A stretch of DNA of 64,000 nt from Candidatus Melainabacteria bacterium 17Bon1m (GTDB lineage Bacteria; Cyanobacteriota; Vampirovibrionia; Obscuribacterales; Obscuribacteraceae), in assembly GCA_032128875.1 (NCBI GenBank), contig JAVLKG010000002.1, positions 128,001-192,000 on the forward strand, in the 5' to 3' direction. Positions 18,728 through 29,273 of the stretch are shown here, piece by piece. Position 1 is the first letter of the stretch, and the number at the start of each line of letters is the position of its first letter. A program made the translations under genes and the position numbers. The notes below the pieces were generated by a model. The model was not told where the DNA came from and searched no databases. It saw only the letters and a program-made list of their open reading frames with translations.

Positions 18728-20572
18728 ATGTCTGCTAAAGCAATCGATATACGCAAGCTTCTCGTGGCGACAGTACTCATGCTGCCGCTCGTTTCTTGCT
18801 TTTGGTATGTCGCGGTTTTTGGCGTCAATCTCCCGTATCAGGACGATTGGGCTTTTATGCATGAAGCTGGGCGCATGCTGCTGCATGACCCGAATGCGAC
18901 AGTGCTGCGTTTTCTGAATCATCAGCACAACGATCACAAAATGGGAGTTCCTTTTTCCATCCTTTTCTGCATTGGCGTTGCGACCGATTGGAATTGGGTG
19001 GCGATGATGTATGGCAATGTCGTGCTTCATTCGCTGGCAAACATATTATTGATGGTCTGGGCGTGGGCTCAGATGAAATTGCGTTCTCTTCCGCTTTTGA
19101 TTTTGCTGCCGATTCCGTTGGTGATGTGCAGTTTTCGCCAGTGGGAAAACATGCTGTTTGCATTTCAAACATGCATATATAGCGTTCATTTGTTTTTTCT
19201 TCTCTCTCTCATTCTGTTAGAACGTTCGAGGGGGCTCGATTGGAAGTTCTATACCGCGATGCTCGCCGCGTTTCTTGCGTGTTATTGCAATGGCAACGGA
19301 TTGCTCGCGCTCCCTTTGGGTTTGCTTGCATTGATTCTTCAGTGGACGATGACATTGCGAGCGAATGAAGACGCAACGCCTGAGACTGATCGTGATGTTA
19401 GCTTCGATGCATCTGAAGATTTCAAGGCAAGTTCTATAAAAAGATCCGAGAGCTCGGTCGCTAAATTGAAGATTTTGATCTGGACTGGAGTTAGTGCTCT
19501 GGTATCACTTCTCTATTTTTCAACCTACGAACACCAAAGTTTTTTCAAGTTCAAACTCGCATATTTGAGCGAGAACTTTCGCGGCGTCATCAAATTTTTG
19601 ATTGCACCATTTGGCACCTTGTATGCAAATGACGTACACAATGCGATTTTGTGGGGAATCTTATTTCTCCTGACCCTTTGTCTCACTCTCTTCATCTGCA
19701 TAAAGAGACGCATTCTCGATCGCTTTGTCATCACAGCGTGGATGATTATCTTGTTCTGCGTCGCTTTTGATTTGCTTGTTTTCTGGGGGCGATGCGGATT
19801 TGCACTTGACCCAGTTCTATCCGCGAAAAGTCCCGACACTTATCTCAACGCAATTTGCTCTCGCTATTCAACGACGAATGCGCTTGGTCTTGTCGGTTTG
19901 TATCTGCTGACCGTCCACACCTTTCGCCGCGGTTGGCTTTCAATCATAAGCGCAGCTTGTGTGAGTGCATTGGTTAGCTGCTGTATTTATGTCTCGATGA
20001 CTGTCGGAATCACAATGAGTGAGGTGTGGCACGATTACCGACTGACTGAAAAAACGATTGTTGAAAATCAAGAACTAGTTACCGACGATCAGTTGAAGCG
20101 AATTTTTCCCGAACCAGGTGTTATGCGCAGGTTCAAAAAAACGATTGAGCGGTTGCATCTGTTCCACTACAGTCACGAGAAGTTTCCCTCACATCTTCCT
20201 GTCACAAAAGAGCCAGTTGCTTTGGTCACCTACGTAAACGGGAAGGTAGACGCCAAAGGACAATGGCATGTTGGTACGAATTCGGACATTGTGATTAAAG
20301 GCTGGACATGGGATCGCGATGCTAAGAAACCCGCGGCTGCTGTTTGGGTATTTGTCGATGAAAAACCTCTGATACTCGCTGCCTATGGGCTGACCAGAAC
20401 AGACCTCAAAAGCTTTGGTCCTCGCATGCGGTGGGGGCGCACTGGTTTTGAGTCAGTCTTTTCTGCAAGACAAATCGGAGCCGGTCTGCACGAAGTGTCT
20501 CTTAAGGTGATTTCATCCGATGGCAAACGCTGCATGGATACTGGCACGCAAGTTCTTTTGTTGGTTGAGTAG
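18728..20572 (+). CDS. Polytopic membrane protein, GT-C glycosyltransferase-like, with a C-terminal Ig-like domain
   Basis: NLPYQDDW, QHNDH, SRY motifs; many TM helices; C-terminal IKGW...RTDL...GF. Confidence 0.65.
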   Translation: MSAKAIDIRKLLVATVLMLPLVSCFWYVAVFGVNLPYQDDWAFMHEAGRMLLHDPNATVLRFLNHQHNDHKMGVPFSILFCIGVATDWNWVAMMYGNVVLHSLANILLMVWAWAQMKLRSLPLLILLPIPLVMCSFRQWENMLFAFQTCIYSVHLFFLLSLILLERSRGLDWKFYTAMLAAFLACYCNGNGLLALPLGLLALILQWTMTLRANEDATPETDRDVSFDASEDFKASSIKRSESSVAKLKILIWTGVSALVSLLYFSTYEHQSFFKFKLAYLSENFRGVIKFLIAPFGTLYANDVHNAILWGILFLLTLCLTLFICIKRRILDRFVITAWMIILFCVAFDLLVFWGRCGFALDPVLSAKSPDTYLNAICSRYSTTNALGLVGLYLLTVHTFRRGWLSIISAACVSALVSCCIYVSMTVGITMSEVWHDYRLTEKTIVENQELVTDDQLKRIFPEPGVMRRFKKTIERLHLFHYSHEKFPSHLPVTKEPVALVTYVNGKVDAKGQWHVGTNSDIVIKGWTWDRDAKKPAAAVWVFVDEKPLILAAYGLTRTDLKSFGPRMRWGRTGFESVFSARQIGAGLHEVSLKVISSDGKRCMDTGTQVLLLVE

Positions 20573-20637
20573 ATTTACTCTTTGGATAGAGAAGAGAACA
20601 GCAGGTTATAATCCGACCTTTCCAAGTTGGAAAATCG

Positions 20638-21633
20638 ATGCCATCGTATCTAATACTGCGTGTTGTTGCTTTTTTGGTCTCCGTCATCTTGCCGGTGTTC
20701 TTTTTTGCGCGGTATGAATTGTTCGCTGCATTCGCTATTCCTCTCACTATTGCGCATTATTCGCTGGCGTTTCCGTACTCGAAAAAGTACCTCGCCAGTG
20801 TAGTCAAAACGCCACAAACTAGGCTCAACTTCGCTTTGTTGACAGCCAGCGCGTTTGCTTTGTGTACGATCAAAGTTCCGTTTTTGATGTTCGTCACGTT
20901 TGTGTTTCACCATGTCTTTAGTGAAGTCTACATAATGTATGAGAATGTGCTTCCTAAGCTTTGGTCGCAGACTAAGGCACTTCGCGTCGCCTCGATAGTC
21001 TCTAATTTGTTCGGCTATTTTGCTGCCGTTCGCCCTGCCAGAAAACTTTTCCCGTCACTGGAGTATTTCCTTTATGCGGGTTATGCAATTGCGACTGTCT
21101 TTTTTCTTTTCCAGCTTTACAAGATGCGTAAGACGTTTACGCGTGAGCAGTTGATAAACTCAACCATCTTCGAGACGCTTGTGCTGGCTTTCGTTGTGGC
21201 AGGCATGTTGCGCCCTTTGCCGCCTTCGATCTTCATTTTTTATCACGTGATTTTTTGGCTGTTCTATCCATCGTACAAAATGTTAGCTGTCAAACAATGG
21301 AAGCCTCTGTCGATTTTTCTCGGCGCCAATGCCGCAATCACGATTGTTTTCATGTTGCTTTCGCCGCTTAGCCCTCTGCCCATTAAGATGACTTCAGAAC
21401 AAATGATCGGGCTTTTTACTTACGGCGCGCTTTTCCACATCATCACGTCTATGGCTATGACCAGTGCGCAACCAGCATGGATAACACCCATCTTCCATCC
21501 CGGGTTTACGCACGAAGGCAAATTGGCGAATGCAGCGGTGACGAATGCAGCTGTGGCGAATGCAGCTGCGGCAACGGCAGATGCGGCAACTCCCGCGGCA
21601 GCTGCGGAAAAAGTATTAGCATCTGTTCGCTAG
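20638..21633 (+). CDS. Polytopic membrane protein with conserved-looking His residues and an Ala-rich tail
   Basis: About 9 TM segments; AHY, FHH..SE, FYH, FH motifs. Confidence 0.65.
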   Translation: MPSYLILRVVAFLVSVILPVFFFARYELFAAFAIPLTIAHYSLAFPYSKKYLASVVKTPQTRLNFALLTASAFALCTIKVPFLMFVTFVFHHVFSEVYIMYENVLPKLWSQTKALRVASIVSNLFGYFAAVRPARKLFPSLEYFLYAGYAIATVFFLFQLYKMRKTFTREQLINSTIFETLVLAFVVAGMLRPLPPSIFIFYHVIFWLFYPSYKMLAVKQWKPLSIFLGANAAITIVFMLLSPLSPLPIKMTSEQMIGLFTYGALFHIITSMAMTSAQPAWITPIFHPGFTHEGKLANAAVTNAAVANAAAATADAATPAAAAEKVLASVR

Positions 21634-21634
21634 T

Positions 21635-21803
21635 GTAGCGGCGACGCCATGCGTCGCCCGTTATTTGAAGCCGGCGAGCCGCCGGCGCTCCCAGCGCTTC
21701 GCTTACCACCTTGTTAGCGCATTGCTTTCTCGTGGGTTACTTCCTTCGCTGCTGTAGGGGCGGCATTCATGCCGCCCGTGAAGGCGCATGCAATGCGCCC
21801 CCA
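21635..21803. repeat. REP-like cluster of four palindromes (GTAG/GTGG and GGGAGCGC families)
   Basis: GTAGCGGCGACGCCATGCGTCGCCC, GCCGGCGAGCCGCCGGCGCTCCCA, GTAGGGGCGGCATTCATGCCGCCC, GGCGCATGCAATGCGCCCCCAC. Confidence 0.8.
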
Positions 21804-21948
21804 CGCAGATCATTAGCATTTAACACTCGCAGACGGTGAGCCTCTTTGTGCGTTTTTTACTAATAAGACCAGAGTCATGAAGTTGACAGTATGCAGATGT
21901 TAGTATCGCCATAGCATTAAACATTGCATTTGATGGAGAAGTTTTCCA

Positions 21949-23172
21949 GTGCCCGTGGAAACGGAAACCCGCATCGATAGTCCGATCACGGCGGACGCGA
22001 AAATCAATCATGGGAAAACGCGCCTCGGTGTTTTCAATGTTCGCTTACGTACAAGGGCGCTGTCTGCGCCGGATGTTTCAGCAAAAGGCGAAACTTTTAA
22101 GCGCACACTTATCGCTCTCGCTGCGGTTCTCGTCTCACTCGCATTTTGCGAAGCTCTTGCGCGCGTCGTCATTTGCATCACTAAACCTGCAATTTACGGC
22201 AATCAGGAAATGGACGCGAAGATGCGTCTTGCTATGACACCATTACCGAAAAACAAACCTTGTATCTACTTCCTCGGCACTTCGCACACCAGCCGTGGTG
22301 TCTATACAGATCTCATTGCCAGTCGCCTGAAAGACAAAGGTTATGACATTGAATGCCGTAACTTGGCTTGTGGAGGCAGTTTTCCATCAGACGAACTGTT
22401 CATCTTGCAACATGCTTTAGAAAAGTCTCCGTATCGTTTTTCGATGATCTACGAGTGTAATCAAGGCGGGTTTGCTGCGCAACCAAGCTATGCGTTTGGC
22501 GTTGGTGCCCTGGGCAAGTCGTTGTATTACAAGAACACTCAGAGCAATTGGCCGATACTGAAGAAGTTCGACCTGTGGATGAAGAAGCACCTCTATTTGG
22601 TTCGCTATAGAGCCATACTCAAACAGCGCCTGACTGCAATTCCGAAAATGATTTTCTCTCCCAACCCAATTGTTTGGGAGCGGAAGAAGGTGTATTCGGT
22701 GCAGGACGATATTTCGCCACAGGGCTGGGCGCCCGTATACCCGGTGTACGACGCGAAGCTGTTGGATAAATCAATTGCGGTGCGCAAAGTGCAGGTCGAG
22801 TATTTCAATCCTACTGCCGGTCTCAACAGCACTCGCGATCGATACTATTTGCTCGAAAAGGTCTTCGATTTTGCGAAGTATCGTCAGGTTCCGATGACGA
22901 TGCTCTGGCTGCCGTTGCATCCGAGAATGCGTGACGCGTTTACTGCAGAAATGAAAATGACTGATGAGCAACTCACCAACAAGTTTCAACGCGCTGCAGC
23001 GCTCGACAAGGTCAACCTCATCGATTTGCACATCACCGACAAGGCGCAAAACTTCGCTGACGGCGACCATCTCAATGCAATAGGTTCTGTCGATATTTCC
23101 AACAAAATTGCAGATCAACTGCTGGCAGACAGCAAGACATATCTGGACCCGCTCTTAGGTAAGAAGCAGTGA
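21949..23172 (+). CDS. SGNH-like (DUF1574/AlgX-type) partner of an MBOAT
   Basis: TM anchor, FLGTSH, NLACGG, FADGDHLN; GTGA coupling to the MBOAT gene. Confidence 0.7.
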   Translation: MPVETETRIDSPITADAKINHGKTRLGVFNVRLRTRALSAPDVSAKGETFKRTLIALAAVLVSLAFCEALARVVICITKPAIYGNQEMDAKMRLAMTPLPKNKPCIYFLGTSHTSRGVYTDLIASRLKDKGYDIECRNLACGGSFPSDELFILQHALEKSPYRFSMIYECNQGGFAAQPSYAFGVGALGKSLYYKNTQSNWPILKKFDLWMKKHLYLVRYRAILKQRLTAIPKMIFSPNPIVWERKKVYSVQDDISPQGWAPVYPVYDAKLLDKSIAVRKVQVEYFNPTAGLNSTRDRYYLLEKVFDFAKYRQVPMTMLWLPLHPRMRDAFTAEMKMTDEQLTNKFQRAAALDKVNLIDLHITDKAQNFADGDHLNAIGSVDISNKIADQLLADSKTYLDPLLGKKQ

Positions 23173-24620
23173 ATTTCATATCGACGCAATTTGTGATTTT
23201 CATGCTGGTGACCTGGGGACTCTTCCTCGTCTTGCCGCCGCGTTATCGCTGGCATATGTTGCTGGCTGCGAGCTATGTTTTTTACGCGACCTGGAGCATT
23301 CCTTTCGTCGCGGTCATTCTTTTGACCACATCTGTCGATTATCTTGCCAGCAAGATAATCTTTGCGAACGCATCGCCAAAGTTTCGCAAGATGACCTTGT
23401 GGACAGCGATTGCAGTAAATCTGCTTGTGCTCGGCTATTTCAAATATTTCAACTTCTTCCTCGATATCAACGCTTCTTTGATGAAGTATTTGGGCGTTGC
23501 CAACACAATGCCCAAGCATTTGGAAATTCTATTGCCGCTCGGGATTTCGTATTACACCTTCGAAGCAATCAGTTATCTGGTTGATGTCTATCGTGGTGCA
23601 AAACCCGCTCCAAACTGGCTTTCCTACAACTTCTATATCATGTACTTCCCGCACCTGATTTCGGGACCGATCATTCGCTTCAACGAACTTTGGCCGCAGT
23701 ATAAAGAAGGCATTCAGACTCCTGAATTCGCTCGCGTTGGAAAAGGTCTTGAACTGCTCGTCTTGGGCTACATGTTCAAACTGATCATCGCTGACAATTG
23801 TGCCGGAATTGCTGATCCTGTATTTGCAAAACCCGAGTCAGCATCAGTGCTTGCGACCTACACCGCGGTGCTCGCGTTCGCGGGGCAACTCTATTTCGAT
23901 TTCCTCGGCTATACGCATATAGCCAGAGGTGCGTCATTGATGTTCAATCTGGAATTGCCGATTAATTTCAAGCATCCTCTCAATGCGGACAACATGGCAG
24001 ACTTTTGGCAGCGTTGGCAAATTTCGCTTTCCCGCTGGCTGCACGACTACTTGTATGTACCGTTGGGTGGTTCGCGAAAGTTTCTCCCACGCACGATGCT
24101 CAATGTTTTTATTACGCTGATGGTCGCCGGCATTTGGCATGGAGCGGGTTGGATATACGTCATTCTCGGCTTGTATTTCGGACTCAATGTGGCTGGCTAT
24201 CATGCTTGGCGCCGCCTCAGAAAGAAGTTGTTCAAGTCGAAAGATAAAGTTATTACGCACCACCCACTGTACGTGAGCGTGGCGCATGTCATCACTTTCA
24301 CATTGATTGTTTTGAGTGGTGTTTTTTTCCGCTCCACAAGCGTACAAACTGAAGTTGTCATTTTCGACCACTTGATTCGATTCAAAAAATTGTTCGAACA
24401 GATCGCCGAAGCTGCTGCACGCGATAGTTTTACCGAAATTGGCATTTGCTTTTCAATGATTGTTATTCTGATTTCTGGTCCATACGTCGTCAGGCTTTAC
24501 GAGCGGCTTTACCAGCCAATGCCTTATTGGGTAAAACTGCAAACAGCCACCGCCGCACTTTTACTTTGTTGGATTTTCTGCGCGGAATATATACCGCCGT
24601 TCATCTACTTCCAGTTTTAG
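23169..24620 (+). CDS. MBOAT family O-acyltransferase (AlgI/DltB-like)
   Basis: LPLGISYYTF, FPHLISGPI, DFWQRWQISLSRWLHDYLYVPLGG, GIWHGA, FIYFQF. Confidence 0.93.
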   Translation: MNFISTQFVIFMLVTWGLFLVLPPRYRWHMLLAASYVFYATWSIPFVAVILLTTSVDYLASKIIFANASPKFRKMTLWTAIAVNLLVLGYFKYFNFFLDINASLMKYLGVANTMPKHLEILLPLGISYYTFEAISYLVDVYRGAKPAPNWLSYNFYIMYFPHLISGPIIRFNELWPQYKEGIQTPEFARVGKGLELLVLGYMFKLIIADNCAGIADPVFAKPESASVLATYTAVLAFAGQLYFDFLGYTHIARGASLMFNLELPINFKHPLNADNMADFWQRWQISLSRWLHDYLYVPLGGSRKFLPRTMLNVFITLMVAGIWHGAGWIYVILGLYFGLNVAGYHAWRRLRKKLFKSKDKVITHHPLYVSVAHVITFTLIVLSGVFFRSTSVQTEVVIFDHLIRFKKLFEQIAEAAARDSFTEIGICFSMIVILISGPYVVRLYERLYQPMPYWVKLQTATAALLLCWIFCAEYIPPFIYFQF

Positions 24621-24629
24621 GCTGGAATT

Positions 24630-24706
24630 GTGGGGGCGCATTAGTAAGGCGTGGGGTCGCATTGCATGCGACCTTAAAAAAATGGGCGCGTGCAACGCGC
24701 CCCCAC
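24630..24706. repeat. REP-like cluster between convergent genes
   Basis: GTGGGGTCGCATTGCATGCGACC and inverted GGGCGCGTGCAACGCGCCCCCAC. Confidence 0.75.
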
Positions 24707-24727
24707 ATTGCTCCGCGGCCCGCGCTA

Positions 24728-26050
24728 TTATTCGAAGCAGTGCTTTGCTTTCGCCAAATGAACCCATCGCAAGAAAAGAGAGTTGGGTTTGACCTTTGGT
24801 CCTGGTCCGTTGAAAGCGCCAAATCTAAGCTCTTTGATCTTCCCTTTCCACTTCGCGTGTTCCGTGACTGGAAAGCACATTACGTCGTAATGTTCGCCAG
24901 GATAATAGGTGAGATGTATCGCTCGCTCTTCGGACAATTCCTCATTTTCTCCACGCCAAAATAATGAGAATCTACTGCCTGCGATTCCCGCTGCACACAA
25001 CCAAACTTCGACGACTGACTCCGCATCGAATGCGTCTATCGGTAATCCGAATTGGAAGTGCTCTCCCTTGAGTTCCACAGTTACCCTGTCACCTGCGAGA
25101 ACAAGCCTTCCGTCGTCGCTTTTGAAACCGTCGTTGATGAGTCGGCGATCAAAATAGTATCTTCCGTTTTCTTCTGGCGATGCTACTTCCGGTACGTCGT
25201 CATAGCCAAAGTGATTGAAGGCTTCTTGCAAGTTCGCTTCCAAACACTTTCGAACAATCTCCGGCATACCTTCATGTTTATAGCGTTTTATCGAGGCTTC
25301 GACACTTTTCGCCGTGACATGCTCCGGACGCATGTCGGATTCGATCGACCCTTCCAGGTTTATCTCCAATGTGTCTTCGACCTTCCTGAGCGCTTCTCGG
25401 CGATTGACGATGAGGTCTTCATACTTCAAGAGAATCGTACTGCGCACATCTTTTCGCACGAGATAGTTTTCAAAATGATTGCTGATGCCACGGCACATGT
25501 TGAGCGCGTGTTGAAAATCACCAGTGTCTTCCGTTAAATTCCACGCAATCGGATTTCTATGCGCCTTTATCCATTTGGTTCGCGAAATGAAGACATCGCG
25601 CGGGTCGCGAAACAAATCAATCGCATAGTACTGCGTCACTTGCTTCAACATCGGCACGATCCAGTACGCCGCTTTCTCGACGTAATAACGAGCCCCTGGT
25701 TGTTGTGCCTCGATCGACGGCAGCATCTGATTCCAGAGCTGCATGAGCACATCTTTTTCTTTCGGAAATCCGGCAATATCCTCCGGAAAAATCCCCCGCA
25801 AACCCCACGGCGCAGCACCCAAAGTGGGCAATTTCCAGTGGTAGTAGGTGTCAACATAATCATTGCCGACTGATTCGCATCGCCGCCAAAGCGCTGCAAT
25901 CTTACAGATGTAAGTTAAATACCGAATCTCGTATGGGTCTAGTCTTGGGAAAAAACAGCTCGGATCCAAGCCAAGCAACTGCATCAGCATCGTCGAGCCG
26001 CTGCGTCCATTGGACATCACTAATATTGGGAGTATCTGCTTTTCTGGCAT
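24728..26050 (-). CDS. Sulfotransferase family protein with a C-terminal beta domain
   Basis: PAPS-binding GRSGSTML, FRDPRDVFIS, LKYEDL. Confidence 0.85.
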   Translation of the reverse strand: MPEKQILPILVMSNGRSGSTMLMQLLGLDPSCFFPRLDPYEIRYLTYICKIAALWRRCESVGNDYVDTYYHWKLPTLGAAPWGLRGIFPEDIAGFPKEKDVLMQLWNQMLPSIEAQQPGARYYVEKAAYWIVPMLKQVTQYYAIDLFRDPRDVFISRTKWIKAHRNPIAWNLTEDTGDFQHALNMCRGISNHFENYLVRKDVRSTILLKYEDLIVNRREALRKVEDTLEINLEGSIESDMRPEHVTAKSVEASIKRYKHEGMPEIVRKCLEANLQEAFNHFGYDDVPEVASPEENGRYYFDRRLINDGFKSDDGRLVLAGDRVTVELKGEHFQFGLPIDAFDAESVVEVWLCAAGIAGSRFSLFWRGENEELSEERAIHLTYYPGEHYDVMCFPVTEHAKWKGKIKELRFGAFNGPGPKVKPNSLFLRWVHLAKAKHCFE

Positions 26051-26202
26051 ATCTGGCTCGACTTCGCGGACGGCGGAAGTAAAAGCATAAAGGATGAATA
26101 ATCAAAACCGCGTGAATTGCTTTTCCAAAAGCAGCAAAAGTTATGAAGAATCGGATAGTCTAGTCAGGTCAAAGACCCTCAGCAGTAAGGCGTTTTCAGC
26201 GC

Positions 26203-26709
26203 TTGGAAACACGAGTGATTGGTAAGGTATCGTACATTTTGACCGCAGCCGTTTTGGCTGTGATGATGTTGTGCATACCCGCCCATGCAAGCCCGAAGAA
26301 GAACCCAAAGGTTTCGGCGCTGCTGAGCAAGAGTTATATCTTTTACAAAGTCAGGAATTACAACGGTGCGCTGAAGTGTCTCGACAAGGCGCTCGAACTC
26401 GAGCCTCGCGCTCCGGGTCTATTTTTCCTCCGCGCCGAAGTGCGCAAGAAAACCGGTCAATTGCAGGATGCTGTCAGCGACTATCAAACTGCCTCGATGT
26501 ATTTGAGTCTGGAAGGCAAAGAAAAGCAGGCAAAACACTGCAGAGAAAGCGCCGCGCAAATCGAATCTGCAATCTACTCCGGCAAGCCACCAGCAGCGAC
26601 TGCAATCCCGAAAGTAGTTCAAGACTTGCAGTACAAGCTTGATCATTCGAACTCCCCGAGCGTACAACCAAAAGCCGTCGCGTCAACAGATAAATCAGGT
26701 ACTAAATAG
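26203..26709 (+). CDS. Exported TPR protein
   Basis: Signal peptide; LDKALELEP...RAEVR...AVSDY. Confidence 0.75.
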   Translation: METRVIGKVSYILTAAVLAVMMLCIPAHASPKKNPKVSALLSKSYIFYKVRNYNGALKCLDKALELEPRAPGLFFLRAEVRKKTGQLQDAVSDYQTASMYLSLEGKEKQAKHCRESAAQIESAIYSGKPPAATAIPKVVQDLQYKLDHSNSPSVQPKAVASTDKSGTK

Positions 26710-26717
26710 TTAGCAAA

Positions 26718-28148
26718 ATGGAAAAGCTCATCTCAATTTGTTTGCCGGTCTTCAATGGAGAGAAGTTTCTTTCTCTGGCGATTGACAGTGTTTTGGCGCA
26801 AACATACAGCAATTTCGAATTGCTTATTTCTGATGATTGCTCCACTGATGATTCGCTGGCAATTATCAAACGCTATGCTGAGAAAGATAAGCGTATTCGC
26901 TTTTGGAAAAACGAGAAGCGGTTGGGGCTGTTTCACAATTACAATCAGTGCATATCAAACAGCCTTGGCGAGTACATAAAACCGTTCGCTCAAGATGATT
27001 TGTGGCAACCGACGATGCTCTCGGAATGCGTCAAGATTCTCTATGAGAACTCTGACGTTGCGCTAGTCAGCACCAGAAGACGCATCATTGATGGTGAAGG
27101 ACGTGAAGTTCAAGAGTCACCGCTGATGACACCAGCTGATCTATTTCCGGGACGCTTAGTAATTCCAAAAAATGAAGTGGTGGCACGCAGTCTATTTCCT
27201 TTGGAAAACTTTATTGGCGAGCCTTGTACTGTGATGTTCCGCACTGAGCATGCAAGCTATGGGTTTTCTACAGATCTTCGTCAGCTGGGCGATCTAGAAT
27301 ATTGGATTCGCGTTTTGCGTAATGGTGACTATGCTTTTATCAATGAGCCGCTCGCATCTTTCCGCAAGCACAAAGATGGTGCCTCCGCGTCAAATGGTTT
27401 GCAGCTCTGGCATGCCTCAGACATCATTCACATGTCGTATTCTGTGGAAGGCGAAATAGAAGAGACAGGCAAGACACGCTATGAGTTTGTTCAGCACAAC
27501 ATGCGTAATTTTGCCATTCACGTCGATTATCTCGTCGATTCGTTTGGTGCATCAGAGCGCGGTTTGCATGAAAAAGCGATGATGCGCAAGCAAGATTTTG
27601 AAGGTGTGAAGGAAGCCTTGTTTCATTCACTTTTGTTGAACGCGAAATTTACTCGCTATGGCGTTGGTCCTGATGGTGAATATTCGCTCGCGAAAGATCG
27701 CTTTGAAGTCTTGAAAAAGGAATTAGCGATAAAACGTTCAGAAGCTGTTTTGCAGAAGCTGTTGAGCAGCTTCTCCTGGACCTCTACGCGTGTGTTTAGG
27801 GAATTGCGCCGAGCACTGAGTTCATCACCCGAAACGACTGAACCGGTAGCGAAGGAATTCACAGGCAATCAACAGGATCAATATCTTCGTTACTTGCGGA
27901 AAATGCGCAAGGATATTGTGAAAAGTCGGTCTTGGTCAATGACGCGTCCGATGAGACGCGGGTTTAAAGGTCAGCGAAGATTCGCTGTAGGAGCAAAGCG
28001 TCAAGAGTTTGCCATGAAGCTCAGCGCTAATACAAAAGAATCTAGTGGAATCGCTTCCAGTACGTCCGATACCTCCACGATGCCCAAAACGTCCAACGCG
28101 TCCAAGGTCGGGCTCTGGTACGCCAACCTCACGTCGATGTTCTTCTAA
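26718..28148 (+). CDS. Glycosyltransferase family 2
   Basis: ISICLPVFNGE, SDDCSTD, FAQDD, IGEP; C-terminal S.SW..TR repeats. Confidence 0.92.
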   Translation: MEKLISICLPVFNGEKFLSLAIDSVLAQTYSNFELLISDDCSTDDSLAIIKRYAEKDKRIRFWKNEKRLGLFHNYNQCISNSLGEYIKPFAQDDLWQPTMLSECVKILYENSDVALVSTRRRIIDGEGREVQESPLMTPADLFPGRLVIPKNEVVARSLFPLENFIGEPCTVMFRTEHASYGFSTDLRQLGDLEYWIRVLRNGDYAFINEPLASFRKHKDGASASNGLQLWHASDIIHMSYSVEGEIEETGKTRYEFVQHNMRNFAIHVDYLVDSFGASERGLHEKAMMRKQDFEGVKEALFHSLLLNAKFTRYGVGPDGEYSLAKDRFEVLKKELAIKRSEAVLQKLLSSFSWTSTRVFRELRRALSSSPETTEPVAKEFTGNQQDQYLRYLRKMRKDIVKSRSWSMTRPMRRGFKGQRRFAVGAKRQEFAMKLSANTKESSGIASSTSDTSTMPKTSNASKVGLWYANLTSMFF

Positions 28149-28162
28149 ATGCCGTAGCTCTT

Positions 28163-28567
28163 CTAAGCTGTGTGTCGTTCTTTGAGCTTGGAGAAAATCG
28201 CTTTGCGAATTCGTTTGTCGTCTTCGCCAAGCTTGTCGGTCTCGACGTAGCCTGCGAACTCGTAGCACTTTTCTAGAGACTTCATTGTCACGCGCAAACT
28301 CTGTGCAAAAGCAGATGTCCGTGTGCGCACGAAAATAAAGGGAGCGTCTTTCTGGTTGCTCTCTTCTCTCAAATATTTCAGCAATTCTATAGCTCGTGAG
28401 TCATCGAAATGCACGCCCGCGATTATCAAATCAAATGTTTGCCGACTGAGTGCATTTTTTGCTTCGCTCAAATTTTCCGCAGCAATTACCTGGTGTCCTT
28501 CAAGTAAAGGAAACAATCTATTACTGCCTGCGGAATCATTTGCTAAGAGTATGCGCATCATGTACAT
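28163..28567 (-). CDS. Stand-alone atypical receiver-domain protein
   Basis: RILLAND...FDLIIAGVHFD; the canonical phospho-Asp position appears to be Gly. Confidence 0.65.
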   Translation of the reverse strand: MYMMRILLANDSAGSNRLFPLLEGHQVIAAENLSEAKNALSRQTFDLIIAGVHFDDSRAIELLKYLREESNQKDAPFIFVRTRTSAFAQSLRVTMKSLEKCYEFAGYVETDKLGEDDKRIRKAIFSKLKERHTA

Positions 28568-28995
28568 TTTTGGGTTACCGTGCCGATCGTCGCTTGTTTA
28601 AACTTGACGATGTTTTGTTTGAGTTTCTGCTGAATGCATTTTGAAGGATTATTGAATAGGCAGGTGATAACACAGAATTCTTGGCTTCTGTGTCTATGCA
28701 CGATCTTGCGCGCAGGTCTTTCAAGCTCGTGCTCAACACTTGCGTCAATATTCTCAATATACAATGCTTTCCCAAGAATTCTGAAGTTTCACATGATTAG
28801 AAAAGAAATTGCTCTCTATGTCGCCAACCAGTCATATAGGACTTCTCCTTCGTCGAGTTTCTTTTGTCACCTATAGGCGACAATCAAGGCAAACCTTGAG
28901 ACGCTCCTGACGATGACCTGATATCTCAAAAATAGGAACCTGGTCGCGTTCGCCAGGTCAATTCAAGCAAAGAGTGAAAGAGATAGGGGAAGTAT

Positions 28996-29175
28996 ATGAC
29001 GACAAGCAATCTTAATGAAAACAAGCATGAGCGCCTCGCTATGCCGAATTCCAACTTCGGCGTTGGACTTTTGCTACTGGTACTTTTGGTAATTGGGATC
29101 GCCATGATGTCGCCGAAAACTGGTGACAACACTGGATATCCGGATAATCAGCGGATGGTTGGAGGTGCCCAATAG
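28996..29175 (+). CDS. Small single-TM protein, 59 aa (MTTSNLNENKHERLAMPNSNFGVGLLLLVLLVIGIAMMSPK...)
   Basis: AGGGG upstream of ATG; clear TM helix; missed by the ORF track. Confidence 0.6.
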   Translation: MTTSNLNENKHERLAMPNSNFGVGLLLLVLLVIGIAMMSPKTGDNTGYPDNQRMVGGAQ

Positions 29176-29273
29176 GAGACAAGAAACTTGTGAGCAAGTC
29201 TTCACAAGGGTCAGACTAGGTTGGCGCGCAATGCATAAGTAACATGTCGGAATGTATTGTTCCGAGCTTATGG

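Noticed and set aside
18354-18917. ORFs across the 18.4-18.7 kb region
   Set aside because: Translations of the REP cluster (e.g. EAGEPPALPG) with no RBS or coherent domain
28884-28905. c-di-GMP-I riboswitch (GGCAAACC...GACGC)
   Set aside because: Lacks the P2 stem with GNRA loop and the GCAAAGC/P3 elements
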